Positions 50,557 through 61,439 of a DNA stretch of 64,000 nt are shown here, in pieces (the stretch's first letter is position 1; every line of letters starts with the position of its first letter). The notes below the pieces were generated by a model. That model ran no database searches. It was not told the DNA's origin and saw only the letters and a list, made by a program, of their open reading frames with translations. A program made the position numbers and the translations under genes. Location of the stretch: the NCBI GenBank assembly GCA_030550585.1, contig JAUQPB010000003.1, forward strand, positions 68,333 to 132,332, in the 5' to 3' direction. The DNA is from Thermoproteota archaeon (GTDB lineage Archaea; Thermoproteota; Thermoprotei_A; Sulfolobales; Ignisphaeraceae).

Positions 50557-51570
50557 ATGGAAGCGGTATTAACAAGCGTTAGAAAGGTAATTAGAATTGG
50601 AGAAAGAAGTATTGGTGTTACAATACCAAAGGAGTGGCTATCTGTATTGGGAATATCTGTTGGAGCAAGTGTTGAGGTGACTCTAGGCCCTGGATATCTC
50701 TTGGTAAAACCTCTTTCAACAATACATCCAAAGATAACACAAAGTATAAGGATTAAGCATGAGGATGAGGAAACTTTATCAAGGCTCATTATAGCAAGTT
50801 ATATTGAGGGATTCGATGTAATATCGGTCGATGAGTCGAAAGATCTTGCAAGAAAAGCCTTCCAAAAAATCTCTATGAGGTTGCCAGGAGCTATTGCAAT
50901 GGAGGGGCCAACATTCAAATTGAAGATTTCTGTAGATGAGTTTAACACAGATCTCGATGAAGTGATAGGGGCTATGAAGACCACTTTATCGATGATGTTT
51001 GATCTTATAACAGATTACTTTATGACTGGAGATAAGTCGAAGCTTCAAGAAATTATTAGACTAGATGATGATCTTGATAGACTGCACTTCCTTGGAATGA
51101 GAACAATAAAGAGAACAGCGTTTAGAGACCCCTCGCAAGCAATAAACAACTCTATTATAATTAAGAGCCTGGAACATATTGGCGATACATTAGACAGAGC
51201 ATCAAACACTATACTGAATCTTGGATTCGATGAATTCCATAAGAATGGTAAATGTAAGGATGTGTTTAGAGATATCTTCTCAAAGGTATCATCATATGTT
51301 TCAAAAGCTGTAAATGCTTTGACATCGTCTAACCTATCGCTAGCAATGAAGGTTTTAATTGGCAGAGAAGAGTTGACAAGAGAAATTTTAAATAATGTTG
51401 CAGAGTGTTCTGATATTCCAGGAGTCTTGGCGATAGCACATGAGGCTATTGTTGGTGTTTATGAGGCTGCTGAGATAGCTGAGGTTGCAACGATTAGGGC
51501 GCTTATGACTGTTGGAAAGCCAGAAACTGTTTTACCAAAGATTGAGATGCCTCAAGAGCCTTCTGAATAG
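50557..51570 (+). CDS. AbrB-PhoU phosphate uptake regulator family protein
   Basis: RKVIRIG..S.GVTIPKEW AbrB domain; DDDLDRL and LEHIGD PhoU motifs. Confidence 0.88.
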   Translation: MEAVLTSVRKVIRIGERSIGVTIPKEWLSVLGISVGASVEVTLGPGYLLVKPLSTIHPKITQSIRIKHEDEETLSRLIIASYIEGFDVISVDESKDLARKAFQKISMRLPGAIAMEGPTFKLKISVDEFNTDLDEVIGAMKTTLSMMFDLITDYFMTGDKSKLQEIIRLDDDLDRLHFLGMRTIKRTAFRDPSQAINNSIIIKSLEHIGDTLDRASNTILNLGFDEFHKNGKCKDVFRDIFSKVSSYVSKAVNALTSSNLSLAMKVLIGREELTREILNNVAECSDIPGVLAIAHEAIVGVYEAAEIAEVATIRALMTVGKPETVLPKIEMPQEPSE

Positions 51571-52999
51571 CTTCTATCAATCCAATAACCTTTTTTACGG
51601 TCTCATTAGCCATATAGACAAGGTCCTCACTTAACAAGCCACTTTTTTCAGCGTTTTCAAGCTCTTCAACATCTATTACCCTCAGATTATTTTTAACTAT
51701 GCCAATATCTATTATTAGATCAAGGTACTTAACCACATTATCCAATGGACAGTATTCTGGCGGTGTATTAATATTTATGTAGATTCCTTTTTCATTTCCA
51801 TATTGATCCATGTACTTGTGTACAACAAACCATTCATCAAATGGTATCAGAGTTAGCGCAATGTCTCCTGCCTTTCTTTCCACACCTATGCCGTCATAGG
51901 TACCACTTTTCTGAATAATTCTTATACCCACCATCGCTAATCCAATATCTGTGTTGATAACATTCATGATTTTTATGGGCCCTATCTCTATATGTCCATT
52001 GCCTGGCTTCTCATGTATGATCGTTACCTCCCTACCTATGCTTCTACTAAGCAAAAACTCTTTTATTGCGCCATCCAAGACCTTTTCACCCACATTATTC
52101 GCCACATAATCTAGCATGTCAACACAGACGTCAATGGGTTTTCTACATGTTCTTAGCATGTGATGGTTTGGAGTAGTTGGTGCAACGGTTCTCCTCACAA
52201 TATCCAAAAATTCCTTGGAAGCTCTATTCAGTTTTATAAATGCTATTGTTTCCCCTTGGTATAAGATCGTTGGAACATCCTTTAAACTGATATTCCGAAG
52301 CTTTATGGCTTCATTTACCGCAGACTCAAGGTCTTTTCCAATTGCCTCTAGGGAAGCGTTTTTAGCTGAGCTTCTCCATCTTATGCTGAAACCTTGTCTA
52401 GTTATTTGCATTGCAAGGCTGTTTAATGTTGCTCTTCTATCGAAGTCTCTAATATGCTCGCTAAAGTATACTCTGCCACCTCTGTCATCCAATAACACTA
52501 GAGTATCTTTCAATATTGCTACACCTGGTAAAGCAACGGCTCTTCCAATCTTCGGATTTTGACTTGGTTTGACAATGTGAGCAACTGTTATAGCCCCCTC
52601 TACACACTCCTTTATATTTTGAAGTACAACCTCTTTACCGTTAACAGTTTCGCCAATACATCTGCCCATTCTATCAATACCCTTTATCTTAACAGATATG
52701 GTTGTGTATGGTCCAAGCTCTTCGTAAACATATGTTGCAAAAGGAATCCTTGCAATCATCTCATACAGCAACGTCTCAACAGCATCAGGATACCCAACTA
52801 TTATCAAGGTGTTGGGATCCTCATCGCTCTCCTTCAAAGTTGCGTGTGGCGCCACATTGCTTTTTTCATCCATTCCCAACCTAGATGACAAACTCTTTGA
52901 CAGATCAACAAGTTCAAATCCGGCGTCAATTATAATCTTTGCTAAAGCGGTTGCATATGGGCCTCTAACTCTATATCGATACATCTTAAACCTCTCCAC
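51503..52999 (-). CDS. FAU-1/AubA RNA-binding protein (DUF402)
   Basis: RVRGPYATAL, RWRSSA, GTYDG, YININTPPE and YLDL.ID motifs. Confidence 0.88.
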   Translation of the reverse strand: MERFKMYRYRVRGPYATALAKIIIDAGFELVDLSKSLSSRLGMDEKSNVAPHATLKESDEDPNTLIIVGYPDAVETLLYEMIARIPFATYVYEELGPYTTISVKIKGIDRMGRCIGETVNGKEVVLQNIKECVEGAITVAHIVKPSQNPKIGRAVALPGVAILKDTLVLLDDRGGRVYFSEHIRDFDRRATLNSLAMQITRQGFSIRWRSSAKNASLEAIGKDLESAVNEAIKLRNISLKDVPTILYQGETIAFIKLNRASKEFLDIVRRTVAPTTPNHHMLRTCRKPIDVCVDMLDYVANNVGEKVLDGAIKEFLLSRSIGREVTIIHEKPGNGHIEIGPIKIMNVINTDIGLAMVGIRIIQKSGTYDGIGVERKAGDIALTLIPFDEWFVVHKYMDQYGNEKGIYININTPPEYCPLDNVVKYLDLIIDIGIVKNNLRVIDVEELENAEKSGLLSEDLVYMANETVKKVIGLIEAIQKALEASQSLVKQFLAFQQS

Positions 53000-53015
53000 A
53001 AGTTCTTATACTTGG

Positions 53016-53366
53016 CTAATCCTTGACCGTCTCAAGAATTGATATTGCTTGCCATAGAAGGGTTCTTGCATGTAGAGGCATGTTAGGGTCTTGACTAACC
53101 TCATCAAGTACACCAACAGCGTTTGCAGCTCTCACACCTGCTGTGAGGTTTTTCTCATTTAGAGCTCTTATTGCATACATAGCTGCTCTTCTAATATTCC
53201 TAGGTATCGATGGATCATTCATCACTCTATTCAATATCATTAGGGCTTGTCTAATCTTTGCTTCATTGTCATATTGTGGTATTCTTGATTCGAATCTTTT
53301 TTGAATATCTGAACCGCTACTACCACCCCCTTTTTGCTGACTACCTTCAGCAACCATTGTTTTCAC
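53016..53366 (-). CDS. UPF0147 family protein
   Basis: [12 protein letters not shown] and DPNMP.HART..W motifs. Confidence 0.9.
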   Translation of the reverse strand: MKTMVAEGSQQKGGGSSGSDIQKRFESRIPQYDNEAKIRQALMILNRVMNDPSIPRNIRRAAMYAIRALNEKNLTAGVRAANAVGVLDEVSQDPNMPLHARTLLWQAISILETVKD

Positions 53367-53467
53367 CCCAATCTCCGTTATACCATTTAGCGAGCTTATA
53401 GGTTTTTAAAGCAAGAAACTTTAAAACTAGAGAAACTCACATAATTTCTCTTTAAGGGTTTATAAAA

Positions 53468-54127
53468 ATGGTTGTAGTTAGATGGCATGGTCATGCATGC
53501 TTCGAAATAGTCACCTCTAAGGGCACTGTTATAGTGTTGGATCCTCATGATGGCTATAGCATTGGTTTAAAGCCTCCAAGGGTGCAAGCAGACATAGTAT
53601 TGATAACCCATGAGCACTTTGATCACAATGCTTATGCAGTTGTAGCTAAGCCAAGCGCAACTGTTTTGTCTATGTTTGTGGGAGAGAAGGCTGTCAACGA
53701 TGTGATGATTAAAGGCTTTGAGGCATATCACGATAGAGAAAAAGGGAAAAGAAGAGGAAGGGTATCGATATACAAAGTATATGCAGACAACATATCGTTT
53801 GTTCATTTAGGCGATCTTGGACATGAGCTTGACAACACATATAAAAATGTTCTTGGAGACATAGATGTTCTTATGATCCCCGTTGGGGGAACCTATACAA
53901 TAGACCCCAAATCAGCTTGGAATGTAATAGAGCTACTAACACCAAAGGTTGTCATACCAATGCATTACTGGGTAAAGGGCTTAAATCTCCCATTAAAGGC
54001 CGTAGATGAATTCCTGTCTCTAAAGCCAGATGACTGGAGTGTTAATATGATAGAGTCTAACCAGATAGTTATAGAGAGGAGTAGCATACCAAATAAGGTC
54101 ATATATGTAATGTCCCCGCCGACATAA
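53468..54127 (+). CDS. Metallo-beta-lactamase-fold hydrolase
   Basis: GHACF, THEHFDHN, HLGDLG and IPMHY motifs. Confidence 0.9.
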   Translation: MVVVRWHGHACFEIVTSKGTVIVLDPHDGYSIGLKPPRVQADIVLITHEHFDHNAYAVVAKPSATVLSMFVGEKAVNDVMIKGFEAYHDREKGKRRGRVSIYKVYADNISFVHLGDLGHELDNTYKNVLGDIDVLMIPVGGTYTIDPKSAWNVIELLTPKVVIPMHYWVKGLNLPLKAVDEFLSLKPDDWSVNMIESNQIVIERSSIPNKVIYVMSPPT

Positions 54128-54191
54128 TTAAACGCAATATTTTTCTAAGCAATACAACAACCTAGCACATTATCAAAGAGGTTTAGAAAAA

Positions 54192-54794
54192 TTGGTAATA
54201 TTTAGATGTCTTCTCAAAGGCCACTGCTGCAAAAAGTATTGGATTCCAGTAACACATCTAGATCTGCTAAGGCTTCACATATACGCTGGGATAGAAATAA
54301 AACCAAGTATAATAAATCTATATGAGTCATCACTTTACGAGGATCTGACATATCCACGTGTGATTTTCAAGAATGAAAGCTATTTCCTAGCATTGAATTC
54401 AAAAGATGATAGTTCATGTATATTCCTCTCAAAAGAGGGTAAATGCAACATTCATCCATATAAACCACTTGTGTGCAGATTTTACCCATTTGTTTATATA
54501 GAGAAAGAGAGTGAAATTGATATAGAAATCAATGAGAATGCTCTAGGAGAGTGCCCAGGTCTAATCATAGATAAAAAGCCTATACCAGATTCTATAAAAA
54601 GAGATCTTATTAGACTAGCCCAAGTAAGAATATTAGAGCTTAAAATGTGGGGTAGAGTAGCTGAAGAATGGAACAGTAGCGAATATAGCAAAAAGGAGTT
54701 TGATGAAGTAGCCGAAAAGTTTTTGGGGTTTATAATGAGTCGTGCGGAGGAAGATAGAAAGAAGCTTGTAGAAAGTGGCTTGTGGATACCTTAA
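54192..54794 (+). CDS. YkgJ (CxxCxxCC) cysteine-cluster protein
   Basis: C...GHCC, CIFL, CNIH..KP.VCR.YPF and CPG motifs. Confidence 0.85.
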   Translation: MVIFRCLLKGHCCKKYWIPVTHLDLLRLHIYAGIEIKPSIINLYESSLYEDLTYPRVIFKNESYFLALNSKDDSSCIFLSKEGKCNIHPYKPLVCRFYPFVYIEKESEIDIEINENALGECPGLIIDKKPIPDSIKRDLIRLAQVRILELKMWGRVAEEWNSSEYSKKEFDEVAEKFLGFIMSRAEEDRKKLVESGLWIP

Positions 54795-54870
54795 ATATTT
54801 ACCTTAAATATTGAAACTTTATAAGTCTTGAAAACTATGGTTGTACAAAATGTGGAGTTTCGAAGAGGTG

Positions 54871-55374
54871 ATGGGTCTGGTATCCGCATACTACGAAGGC
54901 GCAAGAGTGCCGTGGGTTCCAACAAGAGAAGAGTTGCTAGACATGGTGATGAGGCTAGCAAATGTAAGTCCTAACGATATCTTCTATGATCTTGGCTGTG
55001 GGGATGGCAGAGTAGTATTAAGGGCTGTGAAAGAGGGTGTAAAAAAAGCTGTATGCGTTGAGATAAACCCAACACTTATTGAAAGAGCTAAGGAAAATGC
55101 CAAAGCAATTAATGCATTGGACAAGATAGAATTTGTAAATGAGGATTTTTTCAAAGCTAATCTAAGCGAAGCAAGTGTTGTGTACATGTATTTGCTGACG
55201 TCGGTAAACAAGGCGCTGAGACCAAAGCTTGAGGCAGAGCTTAAAGATGGGACAAGAGTCGTTACACTTGATTTTGAGATCCCTGGGTGGAGACCTGTTC
55301 AAGTAGTTGAAGTGGCATTGCCTATGAGAACAGCTAGACTTTATCTCTATGTTAAGGGTGTAAGTGATAAATAG
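54871..55374 (+). CDS. Crenarchaeal protein-lysine methyltransferase (aKMT-like)
   Basis: VPWVPT, YDLGCGDGR, VYMYLLTSVN..L.PKLE.EL..GTRVV and FEIPGW motifs. Confidence 0.88.
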   Translation: MGLVSAYYEGARVPWVPTREELLDMVMRLANVSPNDIFYDLGCGDGRVVLRAVKEGVKKAVCVEINPTLIERAKENAKAINALDKIEFVNEDFFKANLSEASVVYMYLLTSVNKALRPKLEAELKDGTRVVTLDFEIPGWRPVQVVEVALPMRTARLYLYVKGVSDK

Positions 55375-55395
55375 ACTTATTTACCACGTTTTTCA

Positions 55396-55881
55396 CTAAG
55401 TCATTCCAGCAACTTTTTTCGCTTCTTCAATTATTTTTTTAGCCTCTTGATTGGCGTACAAGGATGTTTTCGGATCTGACTTCATATCAATGCTTGCAAT
55501 ACTCATAAGCTCATTAGACAGTCTATTGAGCCTATCAAGATAGACTTCTATTATTGGTATAGAAACCCCCATCATCTTTTTCAACTCCTTTACAGTTTCT
55601 CTGACAACAATAATCGATGAAATAGCTTGGTTTAAAGCCGTAAGGGTTTCAAGTCTCAGAATAACTGTTTCTAGGAACAGATCAACACTATTCAACCTCT
55701 TTTTCAATGACTCCAAATTTTGCTTCTCTTTTTCAACACTCTTTCCATTTATATTGGTATGCTTTGAAAATTCTTCAATCCTTTTAATATTGTTGTCGAC
55801 AACACTTTTGTAATATTCAATCTTGTTGTGAAGCTCTCTCAAAAGCGCTACACTTAATAATAGCTTTGGCTTGGCACTCAT
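55396..55881 (-). CDS. ESCRT-III (Snf7/CdvB-like) paralogue
   Basis: Helical hairpin, LETVILRLET and C-terminal EAKKIIEEAK. Confidence 0.65.
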   Translation of the reverse strand: MSAKPKLLLSVALLRELHNKIEYYKSVVDNNIKRIEEFSKHTNINGKSVEKEKQNLESLKKRLNSVDLFLETVILRLETLTALNQAISSIIVVRETVKELKKMMGVSIPIIEVYLDRLNRLSNELMSIASIDMKSDPKTSLYANQEAKKIIEEAKKVAGMT

Positions 55882-55938
55882 AAAATCTCAAAATATATTT
55901 TTGTTATCAATTATGTTATAAGAAGTAAAGCACATTGC

Positions 55939-57528
55939 TTAGTCATAACATTTGGCTTTTCTAATAATATCCTCAACATTTTGTTTAGAGGCTTTTAGTG
56001 AGAGCTCCTTACCTGTAAACGATGGCAAGATTCTCTCCTCTATATCCTTCATTTTTCTCTTTGCGAACCATAGGAACGCTTTTATAATCAGCTTTAGCGG
56101 TTCATATTTAACTCCCTTCATGTAGAAGTTTGTTACTATATCCTCTGCCCAGTAGACAGTATGCCAAAATGCTACCCTCATAGCTTCAGCATGCTCTGGT
56201 GTTATATTCATACCTGTTACACCCCCCTCCTCAGTCTTTAGTGCGCCCATGGGCACAAAAAGCATTGGCACAATCAAACTTCTGTACTTCTTTAATCTCT
56301 CAATTAGCTCAATTGTTTTAACAACATCGTCAGGTTCTTCACCAGGAAAGCCCAGTATAAATGTTGCCGCAGGTATTATTCTATGGTCGTGCATTATAGC
56401 GAATGCCTCCTCAACCACATCAGGCCACTCCTCTGCTTTAAAAGGCATTGCTTTTGCTGGCATAATTATCTTTGCCAATCGCGGCGACCCCGTTTCTATA
56501 CCTACCTCAACACCCAGATAGTTTTGCTCAAGTCTCGAATATATTATGTCTGTTAGCTTTGATATTAATCTGTACTTTCTTTGTGCATATACCACTGCTG
56601 CTAGCGATGCGTGTGCCCATGCCAAACTCTCAGCAATTTTTGTAACACTATCATGAAGCTTTATCAAGGCCTCTTCATTTATCTCCAAACCCTTGGCTCC
56701 ATACAGCAGAACGTCTTCGCTATGCAAAACAGCGCCTTTAACACCATGCTTCTTATTAACCTCTATTTCTGCAATTATTTTCTCAATAGGAATATGTCTA
56801 AGAGGTCTCAAAGTCACACTACAGAATTTGCAACCCCTTGGACAGCCCCTCATAATTTCCACCAAACCATTGACACTTGCCCCCTTAATCAAAGGTATTT
56901 TGTCTATCGAAGGCGATTCATGGGCGCCAACAGATATGTACCTCGGTATTTTCTCTCCATTCAAAATCTTCTTAGCAATGTCGACAATGATCTCATCAGC
57001 CTCTCCCTCAACAATAACATCTATCCCCCATTTATCTACATACTCTGGCACCCAAAGCCATTGCCAAGCAGCAGGCCCCCCAACTACAATCTTCACATTC
57101 CTGCTTTTCATCTTCCGCACAGCCTCACTATTCATGAGTTTGAAAAAGCTTTTTCTATTGACAGGCTCCTTACCCGTTATAAGCCACCACTCAGAACTTG
57201 GAGGGCCAAAAGCGAAAAAGTCGTGGTGTCCTACCATCAGAATCTTGGCTGTATCCACGTATCTGTCTAGATAATCTGGGTCTATTATGTAGGCTTCTAA
57301 CCCAGCATCTTGTAGAGCAGCCTCTATTTTTCGCAGTCCGTAGGGAGCTTCATGTGGTCTACCAAATTCGTCTACCTTTGGTTTGGGACAGCAGAGATAC
57401 ATCCATATTGATTCTGGAATGCCGATGGCAGGACCTGTGGCTAGGAAACCTATGAACTCTCTCCCATGATGATTCGTCATCATGCTTCTATCTGTGGTTA
57501 TAACTATCTCAGCGTTGAGTTTACGCAT
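55939..57528 (-). CDS. B12-binding-domain radical SAM protein
   Basis: APYGLRKIEAAL, VVGGP, EGEAD, EIMRGCPRGCKFC and GIETGS motifs. Confidence 0.9.
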   Translation of the reverse strand: MRKLNAEIVITTDRSMMTNHHGREFIGFLATGPAIGIPESIWMYLCCPKPKVDEFGRPHEAPYGLRKIEAALQDAGLEAYIIDPDYLDRYVDTAKILMVGHHDFFAFGPPSSEWWLITGKEPVNRKSFFKLMNSEAVRKMKSRNVKIVVGGPAAWQWLWVPEYVDKWGIDVIVEGEADEIIVDIAKKILNGEKIPRYISVGAHESPSIDKIPLIKGASVNGLVEIMRGCPRGCKFCSVTLRPLRHIPIEKIIAEIEVNKKHGVKGAVLHSEDVLLYGAKGLEINEEALIKLHDSVTKIAESLAWAHASLAAVVYAQRKYRLISKLTDIIYSRLEQNYLGVEVGIETGSPRLAKIIMPAKAMPFKAEEWPDVVEEAFAIMHDHRIIPAATFILGFPGEEPDDVVKTIELIERLKKYRSLIVPMLFVPMGALKTEEGGVTGMNITPEHAEAMRVAFWHTVYWAEDIVTNFYMKGVKYEPLKLIIKAFLWFAKRKMKDIEERILPSFTGKELSLKASKQNVEDIIRKAKCYD

Positions 57529-57653
57529 ATTGTCAAAACCTTGTAGCTAGGATAACCTATACCATATGTATCAACATAGGAAGGTATATATACCTAGTCA
57601 CCATTAGAAAATTTGAGTGCTTTTAGAAATTCCATGGATCATCCATTGCTAGG

Positions 57654-58400
57654 GTGCTGAGATTGAATTTGAGAAGAAAGAGGATAGAGGCCATAACAAC
57701 CACATGGAGCATCATAGTGTCTAAGCCTGTTAAAAAAAGGGAAGAGGCGATAGATATACTAAAGAGTGTTTATAGCAATATGGGTGTGGAGCCTATAAGA
57801 GGCTCTAGCAGCCCTCCTGATCTATATGATAAGGAAATGGCATCGCTCTACATAATTGGCAAATGGGGTCTTGGGATAGATAAAGAATTGGATGAAGAGA
57901 CCTTGAAATCTCTGTTCTCAACGGAGATAACGTTTGAGACAATGATGAAGGCTCTTGCATCATCAACATCTAAAGAAGATTTTTGTAAAGCCATTGGAGA
58001 TCTGTGTTCGAGGTTAAGCGATTCGTTTATCGCAAGGTTTCTTAGATTTGTCTTCACACTATATTATTTCGGTTTTGCAAAATTCGAAGATCTAGCGATG
58101 ATCATGAGAAAGCTATACAACTTTTTCGAGCCATTACAGGAAACTGTAAGAAGATTTGCCAAATTTGTTATAGCATATGAGGTTGGCTCTCGAATAGCCT
58201 CTGGACAGGTAAAAAACCAGTTGGATATCAATATGGCAAAGAATGTTGTAGCACTTGAAATTGGCATACCAAAGGCAGTGCCATCGACAGGTTACATAAT
58301 TGAGGTGAGCAAACACTTTTTTACCCTACCAGAAAACATAGTTAAGAACATCTCTGTGTCAAATAATAAAAAAGAACAGAGAAGTGATGATAATGTATAG
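57654..58400 (+). CDS. Conserved crenarchaeal protein (DUF2192-like)
   Basis: I.PIRG...PPDLYDKEMASLY.IGKWGLG motif. Confidence 0.75.
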   Translation: MLRLNLRRKRIEAITTTWSIIVSKPVKKREEAIDILKSVYSNMGVEPIRGSSSPPDLYDKEMASLYIIGKWGLGIDKELDEETLKSLFSTEITFETMMKALASSTSKEDFCKAIGDLCSRLSDSFIARFLRFVFTLYYFGFAKFEDLAMIMRKLYNFFEPLQETVRRFAKFVIAYEVGSRIASGQVKNQLDINMAKNVVALEIGIPKAVPSTGYIIEVSKHFFTLPENIVKNISVSNNKKEQRSDDNV

Positions 58401-58638
58401 AGTAAGTGTTGAAAAGAGATATATCGTGAAAAAAGGTGATAAAAGAATAGTTGTAGAGCTTTGCAGATCCCAAGACGGTAAACTATTTGCTGTTCCAATA
58501 CTCATCACAAAACATGTTTATACCACACCTGATGGAACTGAGAAAGAGTGGGAGTATCCGGAAAGAGAGGCCGAAGAAATAGATTATATGTCTTTGCCTA
58601 AAAACGTGAGAGAAGCCCTGTCAAAGATAAACATATAG
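58393..58638 (+). CDS. Small hypothetical protein
   Basis: MYRVSVEK... overlapping the upstream stop. Confidence 0.65.
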   Translation: MYRVSVEKRYIVKKGDKRIVVELCRSQDGKLFAVPILITKHVYTTPDGTEKEWEYPEREAEEIDYMSLPKNVREALSKINI

Positions 58639-58721
58639 CATTTTCACGAAGCTGATGCTTAATAAAGCTTCTAGGTATTGAAATTTCCTATCAGAAAAGC
58701 TAGTTTTAAGGTGTAGGGTAT

Positions 58722-61439
58722 TTGAATTTGGACATAGTTTTTTCAGGTGATGGCTTTGCATATGCTCGCGAATTTGATGAAGAAGCTGTATATAGTCTTC
58801 TCATTTCTCCTATTGTGAATTGGTTTAAGAGTAGATATGGTTCTCTTACACCCCCACAGAAAATGGCTATTCCATATATTAAAAGTGGGTATAACATACT
58901 TGTGTCGAGCCCCACAGGTACAGGTAAGACTCTTGCTGTTTTTCTTCCAATAATAGACGATTTGTATAGACTGGCTCTAAATAATGAATTGAAGGATCAG
59001 ATATATGTGATATATGTTTCGCCTCTCAGGGCTCTCAACAACGATATGCAGAAAAATCTTATACAGCCTCTAGCAGAGATCAGAGAGTATGTAAGAAACG
59101 AGCTTGGGGTAGAGGTAGATATAAGAGTTGCCGTCAGAACCAGTGATACATTGCCAAGCGAGAAATCAAGAATGCTTAGAAGCCCCCCACACATACTTAT
59201 CACAACCCCTGAGAGCTTGGCATTAGCTCTAAATGCTCCGAAGTTTAGAGAAAAACTTGCTACAGTTAGATGGGTTGTTGTTGATGAAGTCCACGAAATG
59301 GCTTCAAGCAAGAGAGGGTCACACCTAGTTCTATCACTTGAAAGATTAGTTGATCTCGTTGGCAAAGATTTTCAGAGAATTGGGTTAAGCGCTACTATAT
59401 CACCTCTAGAGGATGTGGCAAGATTCTTAGCGGGATTCAGTAGCGATGGTTCTCCAAGACCTATTGTGATAGCCGACGCCCGATTTTCCAAGCCTATCGA
59501 TATAAGGGTTGTGACACCCCGTCTCGATCTTGTTTACACACCTGCCAGCGTATTGAATGAAGCAATATACGAAGAGCTTACAAAGTTGGTTCTACAGCAC
59601 AGAACAACACTTGTTTTCACGAACACCCGTAGCGCCACAGAAAGTGTGGTCTATAAGTTGAAGAAGAGCCTCAGCTCCAATGGCGTTGTTGACGCTGATG
59701 AGATTGAAGCCCACCACAGTAGTTTGAGCAGAGATGTTAGACTCGAGGTAGAGGATAAACTTAAGAAGGGGTTGCTAAGAGTTGTTGTATCTTCCACCAG
59801 TCTCGAGCTCGGCATAGACATTGGCTATATAGACCTCGTTGCTCTGCTTAGCAGCCCAAAAAGTGTTACAAGACTTTTGCAAAGAGTTGGAAGAGCGGGT
59901 CATAATGCATACGAGGTTAGCAAAGGTGTTATCATAGTTGTTGATAGAGATGATCTAATTGAATGCGCTGTTCTTTCAAAACTTGCTCTAGAGAGAAAGA
60001 TAGACAGGGTTAAGATACCTAGAAAACCGCTTGACATTCTAGCGCAACACATAGTTGGGATGGCTATTGAGAAACCTCGAACAGTTGACGAGATTCTAGC
60101 CATAGTTAGAAGGAGCTACACATACCACGATTTATCAGAAGATGAGTTAATGACTGTGATAAACTATTTGGCTGGTAGATACCCTAGCTTAGAGGACTAC
60201 AATGTTTATGCCAAGATAAGATACGATGAAGAGACGAAGACTGTTAGTAGAAGAAAAGGAGCGAGAATGATATACCAGCTCAATGTGGGTGCAATTCCCG
60301 ACGAGGTTAAGGTCGCTGTTTTTGCTGTTATCGATAACAAGAAGAAGTATATTGGCGATTTAGAAGAAGGTTTTGTTGAAATACTCACACCGGGCGACAT
60401 ATTTGTACTAGGTGGTAAAACATACAAGGTTTTAGCCATACACCCAACGCATGTAGTCGTAGAGCCGGCCAAAGGCGAGAGGCCCACTGTCCCCTCCTGG
60501 TTCTCTGAAATGCTTCCACTAGCCTACGACTCAGCTATAGAGGTTGGCAAATTTAGAAGGGTTATAGCTGAAATGATCAAAACCATGCCGAAGAATTATG
60601 TTATTGAATGGCTGATTAGAGAATATAGGATTGAACCTCATGCAGCGGAGTACATCTATGACTATATATATCAACAGCTGTTGTTCACAAAAGGCAAAAT
60701 CCCGTCGGATAAACTTATATTGGTTGAGATATGGCCTGATAGAGAGAAGATGGCTACAAATATCATATTCCATAGCTTATTCGGTAGAAGAGTCAATGAT
60801 GTGCTTTCAAGAGCGTACGCCTACGTGCTTGCAGATATCATGAGAGAAAACGTTAAAATATCTGTGACTGACAACGGGTTCATGCTAACAATACCCGGGC
60901 ATGTATCTGTTCATCAAATCAGGAAAGCTATTAATAGTGTATCTAGCCAAAATGTTGAGGATATTGCTAGAAGAGCTGTTAGAAAAACAGAGCTATTTAA
61001 GAAGAGGTTCAGACATTGTGCTGAAAGAGCATTTATGTTGCTAAGGCGCTACAAAGGTGTTGATGTATCGATTGCTAGGAGGCAGGTCAATGCAGAGAAG
61101 ATTATTCAAGTTGTTGAGAAATACGAAAAGTTTCCAATAATTGAAGAAACATATAGAGAGATTTTGGAAGATTTTATGGATTTGACACATGCGAAAGAAG
61201 TTTTGAGAAAAATTGAAAGTGGCGAGATAAAGATAGAAATTATTGAGAGCTTCTATGCTCCAAGCCCATTTGCGCACAACATTGTTGCTTATGGATACAG
61301 CGACGTTGTTTTGATGGAGGACAAGAGAAAACTCATTGCAAGACTCCAAGATATGGTTAAAAAAGTTTTAGAAGGTGAGATAGGACAAAGTTTAAGGAGT
61401 TCAGCAAAACAGGAAATGGGTGTGTCCATAAACTCATGA
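58722..61439 (+). CDS. lhr: Lhr-family SF2 helicase
   Basis: SPTGTGKT, SPLRALNND, TTPESL, DEVH, LSAT, HHSSLS, LELGIDIG and QRVGRAGH motifs. Confidence 0.95.
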   Translation: MNLDIVFSGDGFAYAREFDEEAVYSLLISPIVNWFKSRYGSLTPPQKMAIPYIKSGYNILVSSPTGTGKTLAVFLPIIDDLYRLALNNELKDQIYVIYVSPLRALNNDMQKNLIQPLAEIREYVRNELGVEVDIRVAVRTSDTLPSEKSRMLRSPPHILITTPESLALALNAPKFREKLATVRWVVVDEVHEMASSKRGSHLVLSLERLVDLVGKDFQRIGLSATISPLEDVARFLAGFSSDGSPRPIVIADARFSKPIDIRVVTPRLDLVYTPASVLNEAIYEELTKLVLQHRTTLVFTNTRSATESVVYKLKKSLSSNGVVDADEIEAHHSSLSRDVRLEVEDKLKKGLLRVVVSSTSLELGIDIGYIDLVALLSSPKSVTRLLQRVGRAGHNAYEVSKGVIIVVDRDDLIECAVLSKLALERKIDRVKIPRKPLDILAQHIVGMAIEKPRTVDEILAIVRRSYTYHDLSEDELMTVINYLAGRYPSLEDYNVYAKIRYDEETKTVSRRKGARMIYQLNVGAIPDEVKVAVFAVIDNKKKYIGDLEEGFVEILTPGDIFVLGGKTYKVLAIHPTHVVVEPAKGERPTVPSWFSEMLPLAYDSAIEVGKFRRVIAEMIKTMPKNYVIEWLIREYRIEPHAAEYIYDYIYQQLLFTKGKIPSDKLILVEIWPDREKMATNIIFHSLFGRRVNDVLSRAYAYVLADIMRENVKISVTDNGFMLTIPGHVSVHQIRKAINSVSSQNVEDIARRAVRKTELFKKRFRHCAERAFMLLRRYKGVDVSIARRQVNAEKIIQVVEKYEKFPIIEETYREILEDFMDLTHAKEVLRKIESGEIKIEIIESFYAPSPFAHNIVAYGYSDVVLMEDKRKLIARLQDMVKKVLEGEIGQSLRSSAKQEMGVSINS

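Noticed and set aside
56611-57274. Long antisense ORFs (219 and 193 aa), and similar shadows elsewhere such as 28041-28589 and 32592-33107
   Set aside because: They lie opposite well-supported genes and have no motifs.
57582-57595. Palindrome AGGTATATATACCT
   Set aside because: Most simply a shared TATA element of a divergent promoter.
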